From Paramecium tetraurelia (taxonomy: Eukaryota), in assembly GCA_000165425.1 (NCBI GenBank), contig CT868649.1, forward strand, positions 682,001-741,107: a stretch of 59,107 nucleotides of DNA, in the 5' to 3' direction. The translations under genes were made by a program, and so were the position numbers. Of the stretch, positions 12,503-24,222 are shown one piece after another. Positions within the stretch are counted from its first letter, which is position 1; each line of letters begins with the position of its first letter. Below the pieces are notes generated by a model. It was not told the DNA's origin, did no database searches, and saw nothing but the letters and a program-made list of their open reading frames with translations.

Positions 12503-14057
12503 ATGAATAAACTTATTTTGCTGTGTATACTCACAATAGGTCTAGTTTAAGCAGACCTTCCTGTTCATTGTATGAAACATCAGATCACAGGAAAGTGGAA
12601 GATGGAGGTGAGCTAAACAAAACTTAAAGGAATGGGTGCTGTTCCATGTGGACATCATGTTCCAGATTCATAGTAATCCTCCTATTAAGCTGGTTTTGAT
12701 GACTTTAAAGCAGTTGATACCTTCGAAGTCAATTTGAGCAATGACTACAGTGTTCAGGATAAGGAGAGAAAGACAAGTGGATAATGGACAATGGTTTATG
12801 ATGAAGGATTTGAAGTAGAACACAATGGAGTCAAATATTTTGCATTCTCAAAGTATGCTCCAAATGGATCCGATTACAAATCATATTGTGGTGAGACTTT
12901 GATTGGTTGGTATAATAATTTAAAGACTGGAGAGAAAGGTTGTTATAGAGCAAAGAAGACTGATGGAGACAACGAAGCCACAGATTCCTATCAACTCATA
13001 AGTGTGGTTCAGCCAGAATTCATTCAAAAAAGTACAAGACATGGAGACAGGGTTAAATTACATAAGAATTTCGACAATCACAAGGAAGCAGTTGATAAGT
13101 TGAATAGTATTCCAAAAACATGGAAGGCTAAGGCATATGACCATTTTGAAGGGATGTCTATGATGGAATTAAATAAGATGGCAGGTAGAAGAAAGCACTT
13201 CTAGGGTAAAACAATAAGGAAGGCATCCTTTACACAAATAAAAAGTGGTGATGTCTCTGGATTACCAAAATAATTCAGTTTGGAATAATACCTTGATCCT
13301 CCTAGACAATAAAAGTAATGTGGATCTTGCTATGCTATATCAACAATGGAAATGCTATCAGCTAGATTGAAGATGAAAGGTGAGTAGGTGACACTATCTC
13401 CTCAATACTCAGTGGATTGTAATTACTTCAATTAAGGTTGTGATGGTGGTTATCCATTCTTGGTTGAGAAATTCGCATCTGAATAATATTTGGTGACAGA
13501 ACAGTAATATCCATATAAAGGTGATGTGGGCACATGTAAAAAGATTGATTTTTCATAATCATCAAAGGTTTATGGAGCAAAGAATTATAAATATATTGGA
13601 GGAGGTTATGGATTAAGTAATGAGAGAGATATTATGATGGAATTGTATACAAATGGTCCAGTAATTATGAACTTCGAGCCTTCATATGATTTCATGTATT
13701 ATGAAAGTGGAATTTATCATTCAGTTGCTGAACATGATTGGTCTACTTAAGAACGTCCAGAATGGGTATGAAATTGTTAATAACATAAGGAAAAAGTCGA
13801 TCATTCTGTTTTGTGTTATGGTTGGGGCGAAGAAGATGGAGTTAAATTCTGGCTATTATAGAATAGTTGGGGCAGTCAATGGGGAGAGAATGGAAGTTTC
13901 AGGTAACCAATATCGAGATATCATTAATAGAATGAAAAGAGGAGTTGATGAATCAGCTATTGAGAGTATGGCAGAAGCAGCAGATCCAGTGATATATTCA
14001 AAATCTAATAGCGAATTTATTGAAATGAAAAAGGAATAAAATTTAAGAAAGTAATGA
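12503..14057 (+). CDS. Cathepsin C (dipeptidyl peptidase I), papain family C1A
   Basis: Signal peptide, then DLPVHC (exclusion domain N-terminal Asp), WTMVYDEGFEV, YFAFSKY, catalytic QKQCGSCY, GCDGGYPFLV, DHSVLCYGWG, QNSWG, GENGSFR|MKRGVDESAIES; two small introns. Confidence 0.93.
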
Positions 14058-14125
14058 TACCTATATGTAATAATCATATATTATTGATATACTGAAAGTA
14101 GTATAAAGATTTATAAACATATATC

Positions 14126-15288
14126 TCAATGAGTTATTAATAGTTAATTATACTCACTAGCCAATTTGTCACAATCGTACGTAAAATTAGAGTAATTCTA
14201 GAACTTACCAAAATCATTAACTGGTGTATCCTTGACACTGCATTTTCTTATCAGATTTTAATCAAAAAATTTGAATGGCCTTTCGTTTTGCATTTCAACA
14301 GGAGGTGCAATCTCTTTTCTTCCAATTTTTTTGAAGTCTACATCCTTGAAAAAAGGGTGCTCATAGATTTCTTGAGCATCTCTCTTTAGTCCCAATCGTT
14401 CTCGTGGATTTCTCTTTAATAGTTTCTTTAACAAATCCGTAGCTTCCTCAGATAAATACTATGGAATCTCAATATCCTTTTCTGTTGCATATTCTATGAT
14501 CTGTTTTCTGGATAACCTATAAAAAGGTGGCTTGCCTGTCAACAAATCATACAATAAGGCTCCATAAGTCCACCAATCACAACATTTTGAATACACTTGT
14601 CCTATAATTACTTCTGGTGCTATATATTCAATAGTTCCACAGACAGTTTTAGCAGACATATCATTTCCATAACATATTTTAGATAATCCAAAATCGCATA
14701 ATTTAATATGTCCCTCTGAATCTAATAATATGTTTTCTGGTTTCAAATCTCTATATATGATATTTTGTTTATGTAAGTAATCTAATCCTATTAAAATTTC
14801 AGCAGCATAAAACTTCGTCTTTTTCTCTGTCATTCTTCCTTATAATTTAAGGTGGTAAAATAGCTCACCTCCTGGAACAAATTCCATTATCAAATACAAT
14901 TTGGTTTAACTCTAAAAAGCATAATGTAATTTAGTAATGAAATTGTGATTTGTTATTTCTAAAACCTTCCTCTCTGTTTGCACATGTTTCTTCTATGTTA
15001 GTGTCTTAACTGATTTCTTGATTAACACTTTCATTGCATATAATTTCAACGAGACTGTGTGTTAAACTAACATTACTTTTCCATAACTACCCTTTCCCAA
15101 ATTCTTAAATTAACCATAGTTAATACTCTTAGCATTATGAAATGACTTAATGAAATCTTTTCACCATCCTCATCCTGTTAAGGAAATTACGAAATCACTT
15201 CTTCGTTATCCTCCACTAAATCCTTTTGATCTGTGGGATCAGCACTAATTACTGTTTGTGGACCCTCTTTAAAACAAACCAATCCCAT
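14126..15288 (-). CDS. AGC-family Ser/Thr kinase (S6K/RSK/Akt-like, no PH domain)
   Basis: LGKGSYGKVMLV, YAMKVL, IIYRDLKPENILLDSEGHIKLCDFGLSK, VCGTIEYIAPE, C-terminal hydrophobic motif FQNYSNFTY; N-terminus MGLVC. Confidence 0.92.
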
Positions 15289-15348
15289 ATTAAATTATAA
15301 TTTATATATTACCACCGCCAATCAATTAAATTTAAAAAATATTGAGTT

Positions 15349-16328
15349 ATGATTTACTCTCTACTGTAGCAACATCTTCATAAGGAACTCCTTGGATAAA
15401 AGTATCAACTCACTGAGTTCGAGTTGCTCAATGTTCTTGATAACATCTATTAAGATAAATAAGATTTCAAATATTTCCTCAACATTCCAAATCCTTTACA
15501 ATCTACCCTAGTTGTTCAGTCCTATCGATTTGAATATGAATACAACTTCGAGAACAACACTGTAGATTAACTAAACCTCATAATTGAAAAAGTCAATGAT
15601 GATCAAGCAAACCACTCAATTAATTTGTTATAATACTAACATGCAATACCAACCCTACTAATCTAAAAGGCCTTCATCAAAAAACAAACACCCCAACCAG
15701 CACTTCAATCTCATTAAATTCACACTCTTATTTCCTAAAGTTCCAATTATCAAAGGGTAGATGCTAGTTTCTGCAATTTGGACATTGTCCAAAGATCTCA
15801 AAATATTGCTTACAGATAACCTACTCAAGACTAATCAATTAAAAAAAGAGTCAAAGTAGAAAAATCATAACCGATTGACATAGATTCAATTAAATTATCC
15901 AAAACGCAAGACACCGAGGATTCAAAAATCAAAAAAGAAATTAAAGTATCTAAGCAATTGTTTAAGTAACAACACAAAAAACATGAAGAAACGAATCAAA
16001 ATCAATACCTAAAATCCTTAGTTAAGAAATTAGACATTCCAGAAAAATGGAAATAAGTATCATAAGAATTCAGTGAATCGCATAAGAAAGTATGGGATAT
16101 CAAATATTATGAAAAATTGATGCTATTGACTGAAGCTGTTTCCAAAAGTAATTAAAATTGATATATCTTATAGAATACTTCTATTCGCATATCTTTAAAG
16201 AATGTACAGAGGAAGAGTACTAAAAGAGGTTCATCAGATATGCTTTACCTCCTGATTTGTAAGATCAATCGATAATAAAAAAGAGAAAGATCTACAGTAA
16301 AGATGTTGTATGTGCTCTTTTTGAATGA
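15349..16328 (+). CDS. Hypothetical protein
   Basis: ATG 15349, long frame in the ciliate code, intron near 16148-16172, TGA 16326-16328. Confidence 0.55.
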
Positions 16329-16915
16329 TAATATAAGATATATATAATTAATGATGATTAGTTAATATATGGCTAAATTAATGATACTATCGAAATTATA
16401 GTTGGTAAAAACAAAGCATATACAATTTTATAGTGATAGAATGTCAATCAAAAAAATTAATTTGGTTATTATTATAACTTATAAAGGGAATGCATCTGCC
16501 TATTTTAGAAGTTCTTTGTCTGTACTTAAACGCTGATTTTATACTATGATCGTCGCATATAAATTTAGATAATTTTAGAATTAAAATTGATAGAATGATA
16601 GATAATCAGGATATATGAACTGCAGTTAAAAATAAAATACTAATTTTGGGAAGATACAAAATCGAAATGACCAACATAGATTATGTCCAAAAACTGATCC
16701 AAAGGAATCGAAAATTACAGACTGAAATATTTTTGATTATCATGTAGACTTTTTGCTCTTTAATAATTATATAAGGTGAGGAGAGAGACATTTAAATACA
16801 ATATACATTATTGATAAGTCACTTTTGTTACACTTATACTAATTCAGATGATTAAGAGATTTTAATTAATTGGATCAGGAAAATTATATTAAAATAAATA
16901 ATTTACACACATTAA

Positions 16916-19000
16916 ATGTCTTTGAATTTTGAGATAAAGAAGAAGCATGTGGCTCGCTCAGAAAGAGTTAAGAGTGTAGAGTTGCATTCTGAATATACAT
17001 GGGTATTATCAGGATTATATAGCGGAGTTATAACAATTCAAGATTATTCAAATTAGGTATATGAATTATTTAATTAGACTATCGTAAAATAAATAGATCA
17101 AAAGTAAAATGAAGTTAATAGATAGGCATTTGAAGCTCATACTGATTATATTAGATGTGTGATTGTGCATCCATCTTAGCCATATTTAATAACTAGTTCA
17201 GATGATACGACAATAAAATTATGGGACATTGATAATAATTTTACATTGCTAAGAACATTTGAGGATCATGTGAATTATGTGATGATGGTTGCATATAATC
17301 CAAGAGATCCTAACACATTTGCAAGTGCAAGTATGGATAACACAGTAAAGGTGTGGACAATCAGAATAGCAAACCTAATTTCACATCTGATATCAGATGG
17401 AGATGATAGATCCATTAAGATATGGGATTGCCAAACCAAATAATGCATACACACCTTAGAAGCACATCAATAAAACATATCATCAGCTAAATTCCACACA
17501 GATTTACCACTCATCATTTCATAGCTGCTGAAGACGGAGTCATTAGATTCTGGCATTCAAATACGAACAAATTAGAAACATCACTCAATTATAATATGGA
17601 AAGAGTTTGGAGTTCAGATATAGGAAAAGATAATACATTAGCCTTTTCTTACGATGAAGGAACATTAACCAATTGTATCTATGCAATAAGGTAAAGTTGT
17701 CGATGGGAAGAACTTTCAGTTCTTTACAATCAATCTCAAAGCCATTAATAATACATCAAATGATGGTTAGATTATATAGACAAATTCAAAAGAACTGGGA
17801 ATTAGTGACATCTATCCCTGCGGTGTCAGACACAGTCCAAATGGTCATTTATTTGCAATTTTTAGTGACTCTGAATACACGATATATAGTTCATAGAACT
17901 TTAAGAATTCAGGTTTCGGATCTGGTACAGACTTAATTTGGTCTTCAAATGGGGATTATGCTGTTAGGAAATATTTTCTATAAAACTATTTAAGAACAAC
18001 ACTTTGAGTTTTGAAATGAAAACAGAGTAAATAATTGACCAATTATTTGCTGGACCTGTGCTGTGTGCTAAGTTTTCTGATTTTATCATGTTTTACGATT
18101 GGGAAACCGGCAAATTGATCAGAAGAATTGATTTCTTTCCTAATAAAGTAATTTTGAATGATACAAATACAATTGTGGCATTGGCAACAAATGATGAAGT
18201 GTATTTCTTATAATATGATCCAGAGCAATTACCAATCTTTTACAGTAAGAGGAAAATTCTGATGGATTTGAGGATGCCTTCTAACCTTTATGTGACACAA
18301 CTGAATCTATCAACTCTGGCTATTTCATCCAAGATGTCTTCTATTATACTACTATGAATGGCAAAATAGCATACTCTGTTAATGGAAAGATCTTTATTGT
18401 CGATTAGGATAAAAAGTATTTCATAATTCGTTACATCCAACAATAAAATAAACTCTATCTCATCGATAAAAAATATAATATTATTAGTTATGAAGTTAAT
18501 AGCAATGTCGTTGAATTTCAAACTCGGATTCTTAAAAAATAATGTACAAAGGCTGAAGAAACCCTTTAAACAATTCCAATCCAATACTATGATAAATTAT
18601 CTAAATTTTAGACACTCTTAATCTCAAAGAATGGGCATATAAATTAGTCTAGGACGAAGACCATAAATTTGAGCTTGCTCTTTAACTTGCATTTGTAGAT
18701 GATGCTTTCCTAATTGCTTAAAAAAGCTAAGACACACTCAAATTAAGACAAGTTGGAGATCTTTCTTTAAAATAAGGAAAAATTAAAATAGCTTCTTAAG
18801 CCTTGCAATAGGCAGATGATTTTGGAGGACTCCTATAAATTTATTCCTCTTTGGGATTGAAAAATTAATTATTGCGATTGGGGGATAAAGCTTTCCAATA
18901 AACAAAAATGAATATTGCATTCTCTGCCTATTTCTTATGTGCCAATCTTGATAAATGTTTTGAAGTTCTTATCAAAAGTAATAGACTCCCTGAAGCTGAT
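16916..19000 (+). pseudogene. COPB2: Coatomer subunit beta' (COPB2/Sec27) pseudogene
   Basis: MSLNFEIKKKHVARSERVKSVELH, FEAHTDYIRCVIVHP, FEDHVNYVMMVAYNPRDPNTFASASMDNTVKVW, LNYNMERVW, HKFELALQL, RLPEA. Interrupted by internal deletions (~17105, ~17385) and frameshifts (~17362, ~17521, ~18610), and truncated after RLPEA. Confidence 0.85.
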
Positions 19001-19491
19001 CAATTTAAATAAGTATTCATTTTCTTTACTATCATAGTTTTAAGAATTCTTGAATTAAGATCTATTTCCATAATTATAAAATAACCCTAATTTGGATCTT
19101 TCACAAATCACTTATGAATCTGGTGAGTATTGAATAATTTATATCAAAGTGTTTATTAACATGATATATCATTGATCTATAATTATAAATCAAATAAAAT
19201 TGTAATTTTATAACTCTTAATCTTATTACTAAAATAGAAATTTTTATAATTTCATTTATTGTAGCAATTTCTAAAGTGATAATAGTAATTGGAAAATGCT
19301 TGCCATACTAGATAATTAATATGATAATGAATAAAACATGAATAAAGCATAATTAGATATTATTAATACACAGAATATTATTATTAAAAGTTATAATAAT
19401 TTCTTTAACAATATTTTTCAAATTAAGGATTGAATAGAATTCATTAATAGATATACTTAAAAATTTTAAATTATATTGCTAATTATCTTAA

Positions 19492-20708
19492 TCAATTCTT
19501 TAATTATTCTAATTCTTTTTCTACCGAATTTTTGTATTATGGATTTATAGCAATACATTTCTTAAAGCACTCTATCGCTTCCTGTACCTGTCCTTTGGCT
19601 TTTAAACAATATCCTATTACATTATAGGCATTTTTAAATACCTTTAGAATATTGGATCAATGCATTATTTGGATCGATTTGCTCTCCTTAATTAAGAGTA
19701 ATCAGAGATTCATCATATCTCTTTAAGCATCTTAATGAGTCACCTAGCATATATAATTTATGGATCATACCTTTTCCGAATAGAGTTATTGCATTCTTGG
19801 GATTAATTATTAAAGCCCTGTCAAAAAATATCAAAGAGTCAGCATATCTTTACATTTTCCTTAAAGTTTCGCCTTTGTAACTTAAGCCAACAAAATTCTT
19901 TTCATCCAACGAAAGGGTCTTATCAAAATAATCCAAGGCTTCTTAATATTTGCCTTGGAGTCTTAGAGAATCTGCTTTATGGCAAAGAGCATCTACGAAG
20001 GTTGGATTATCTTAAAGAATTTTATCAAAAATTTCATTGGCTTAATCATAAACTCCCTACATCTTTAAGCACATGCCTAACATAATCATTACTATTTTTA
20101 CCTATTCTCCATTTACTATATAAATTTGTCGGATCAAGATATATGCAGTAATTAAACTATTGTCTTGCTTGTTCAAACTTGCCCTATACATAAAATTAAT
20201 TGGCTTATTTTAAGCACTCTTAAAATTCTTATTGTTATCCATCAGTCAAGTTTGATTGAGAAAATTCAAGGGCTGTTTTTAAATCATTTAATATTTCTTT
20301 GGCTTTTTTTAATTCAGTTGATGCTTTTATTGAAATAGAGGTACTTTCTTTAGAAGGTTTTGAGTAAATTAACATTAATTTAACTTTTGTAATATCATCA
20401 TGATTGGAAATTTTTTAGATGCCTAAAATATTTTGGATAATTCTAGTTGTTTCCATTTTTATTAAATTTATCATTTGTATAACTTCTTCACAAATAGAGT
20501 AGTTGTGTTTCATGGTTTATATTTATTCTTCTAGTTTTTGTCTTACATTGTCTATTGTTTATAAATCTTCATTATGATTTGCATGAGCTGGAAAACAACT
20601 AATACACAAACCAGAAGCTGCTTAACATTCTTTATTTAAACAAATAGCGATAAGTGGTTTCTTTTAATGTTGTATTTCTTTGCAGTACAAAGCATTCTCT
20701 ATAATCAT
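19492..20708 (-). CDS. TPR-repeat protein with N-terminal Cys/His-rich domain
   Basis: N-terminal C..H....IAICLNKEC....LCISC..AH; C-terminal tandem TPRs (ALCHKADSLRLQGKYQEALDYFDKTLSLD; GLSYKGETLRKMQRYADSLIFFDRAL); three small introns. Confidence 0.85.
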
Positions 20709-20752
20709 ATTGAATGTACTTATTTTATATAATTTATTATCAAAAACTCAAT

Positions 20753-22149
20753 ATGAATTATAAGTTTCCTTTAGATATTCACATTTAATACATGATGAGT
20801 ATTATTATATCAGAAAAATTATTATCATAACAAGATTTTCTAATATATAAAAAAAAACTATAAATATAGAATGTAGAATAGCACCTAACAAACTCCAATT
20901 TTAGCATAAATCGGAATGTCTTGAAAAAATAAACCCAATCAAAGCTCATAATTAAGCGAAAAAACTACAAAAGAAGAATAATTTAGTGTATTTTCAGGAA
21001 TAACAACAAAATTAAGAAGTAAAGATTAAGAAATCATGATAACTTACAAGCTAATTGTCATTTAGATTTCTTATATTTAAGATTTGAACTGCTGATAATT
21101 CTATTAATATGATTAGGTTAAATGGCATTCTTGAATGAATAGGGAGGAAATCAATTTAAGCAAATTTAATCTAATGTTTAACATTCATATCATCGCTAAT
21201 AGGGCTTCAAATACAGATAAACTCTAGACTTCAAGGAACAACACAATAATAAAAACAAATTCCATTTACCTATCCAAAATTTTCTATACAGGTTTAAAGA
21301 GAAAGTCAATACGGAATTTGAAACTCCTTAGTATTTGGAATGTCATGATCAATAATACTTTATTGATAAATTCTTTTTGTTACCTATTATAAATTTTTAT
21401 ATTGTGTTTTGAACTTCTATACAATGTCAATCAAACATTAATAAATTGATGAACCTCTTTACATATTAAAGGGATTTAAAATACCACTGCTGAATACATA
21501 TTTTCAAGAACCTTATCTATCTCCTATAAATGTGAAGTAATAACTGAGTTCCAGATCTAATAATCAGCCATTCTTTGAATCCTCAACCACTAAAACCAAT
21601 GCAACAAGCAGAGAATTTTATCGTTTCGAGCCTTTGAAAGTAGATAAAACACAATAGAACAAGCAACTATAAGAAAAATCACCTTCTCCAAATAAGCTGA
21701 AATTTCTTGAGGATAACAAATTAAAAGGATTATTAAATATCGTTTCAGATAGAAATAAACAAATTCATCTAAAACAATATGATTTTCCTGTAGGAGGCTC
21801 AACTAATAGTAATACAAAAAAAATAAAGTTTAACTTTAAGAAAATAAATATTAAAATGCCATAAAAAATACAATTTTCAAAGGAAGATTTAGAAAACAAT
21901 AAGAAATTTTTAATAAACACACTTCGAAAAAGTTCAGTTGTTTAGAATTAAGAAGACATTTAAAGACCTGTTAGATCGAAATCAGATTTCGAAAAGGTAA
22001 GATCTAAATCGAATTTAAAGTAAGCTAGTCCTTACAAAGACAGATTAATTGAGGAGTAATATAAGAAGAAAACGGTCAGATTTAATGAGTTGGTAGAAAT
22101 AAAAATGTTTGAAAGAATAAAATCTCATTTAATGAAATAGTTAATATGA
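20753..22149 (+). CDS. Hypothetical Gln/Lys-rich protein
   Basis: ATG 20753, long frame in the ciliate code; C-terminal KKKTVRFNE resembles an RVxF PP1-docking motif; TGA near 22147-22149. Confidence 0.55.
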
Positions 22150-22204
22150 ATTATTTTTTATGACTAAAGATATAAATTAATTTGCTAAAACCTTTATTTA
22201 TTCA

Positions 22205-22669
22205 ATGAATCCTTCCCTTCATTCCTTAGAATAAGTAAAACATTAGACATTAAACATCTTTATGTAAAGGGTGTTTCTCTTCACAAAATCTTCATATTAA
22301 CAATTAAATTATATCGGGCAACAACAAAACCTTTGCAAGTAATAATACTAACACAATCGAAAAAACCAAAATGACCCTTATTCATCAGAAATGTTAACAA
22401 ACTTACATGTCATCAATTTCAAAAATATCTTGACCTAGAGAATCATACAGACTCAAATGAATTTTAAAGAAAATTTTCTTAATGAGGTGAGAAACTCAGT
22501 CTAAGGTCAATATATCACCTCATATTTTAATTAGAATGTCTTATTATTTATAAAAATATTTGTAAGAGATCTAGTTATGAGATCTAAAGAATGTTAAAAA
22601 AAAAACTAGAGGCCATTCTAAAGTATGGGGTGTAGAATATAGATAAGAAGTTGGAATATGACTTTATGA
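22205..22669 (+). CDS. Hypothetical small protein
   Basis: ATG 22205 (MNPSLHSLE...), probable intron near 22506-22533, TGA near 22667. Confidence 0.45.
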
Positions 22670-22884
22670 TTTTTGAAATTATAATGAATACCAAAGATTT
22701 TAATGGTTATTAATCCATAATTTATTTGTTTACTTTTAATAAAAATAATTTAGCATTTATTGTAATTTTTATATTCAAACTTGTAAAGCTGTATTATATG
22801 ATATATTTAATAACATTATTGTTTGAATGAATGATAGAGAATTTTAATTACATAATATAATAAAATAAAATAAACTTAAATACC

Positions 22885-23520
22885 ATGTTTTTATAAGGGT
22901 CAAAAATCAAAACAATTGAGGCCACTGTTAATTAATAAATAAAGTTTTCAACCAGATAATTAAGCTAAGAGCTCAAATCCTCTCATTCACTGCATCGTCG
23001 CTATTCTACTGTTGCCGTAATTCATCAAGATGCTTATAAGATTGAGGATAAATATTCAAAATAGTTAAATCAATCATTGCACACTAAATATTATAATATG
23101 CATCAGCTATTCAAAAAGAAACAATATATTCCTGCTAATTTTAAGTCAAACAATAAACCATTTGAACATGTAGTAACAAACTAATTCTCAAAAACATCAT
23201 CCTAGTTAGTTCAAAAGAAAAAGAAGTTCAATGCAAAAGAGTGGCATAAAGTTAACTATGACAGGTTTAGATTCTTAAGTAGGTAAGCAAGCATCGAAAA
23301 ATTAGTAACTAATCGATAACAAAGTATTTAGCCGTGTTTGTAAATTTAATAGGCTAATAGACAACAGAGAAGCGTTTCTTAAATGAATAATTATAGAACT
23401 GAATCAATTAGTAGTTTAAACAATGAAAGGTGTAAGTGTCAAAGAAGTAATTCTTTATAAAAAGAAAATCTTGTTATATTTTTAATTGAAGAAAATTAAC
23501 AGAACTAAAAACATGACTGA
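22885..23520 (+). CDS. Hypothetical protein
   Basis: ATG 22885, apparently open in the ciliate code to TGA near 23518-23520. Confidence 0.5.
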
Positions 23521-24222
23521 ATTGCATATATTGTATGTAAATAATTTTCACTACATTTTATATTTATTTGTAATTAAAATGAGTTAATTATCTACTATAT
23601 AAAAAAATTTTTCTTAAAAAATGCTTTGTATAATTCATATAATGCATACTTGAAAAAATCAAAAAAGAAGATATTGATTTTAATTCAATCTATATTCAGA
23701 ATTCAAGGTTCAATGAATTCTTAATTTTGAAATACAGTTAAAAATTTTTATAGCTGTAAGTTGTTTAAAAATATAAATGTAGGTTTATCAGAATAGATTG
23801 AGTTGAATTTCTCATCGGTAGAACATTATAATAGAGGGAGTTTCAGATCTTTAAGATAACGGCTAATTCATTTTTAGGAAGGAAGAAGATCAAAACTTAT
23901 CTAATTGATTTACTACTTAAAAATTTACAATTGAAATATTTGAGAGAATGTATATTAATCATTATAAAAATCATATGCTTAAATGACATCAAAGTTTGGT
24001 TTTAAACAAATGTATAAAACTAAATTACATTTTGCTGAAATCCTATAGAAATGCAATATATATATTATTAGACTTTGTAACATTAATCAAATTTTATAGC
24101 TAATCATAATTTTGTTGTAAACTCATTATTAAAGCAAAAAGTGAATAAAAATAGATTACTTAGATCAAATTATAAATATTGATTATAATAATCATTTTAA
24201 AGGTATAACGCTTCTGAATTCA

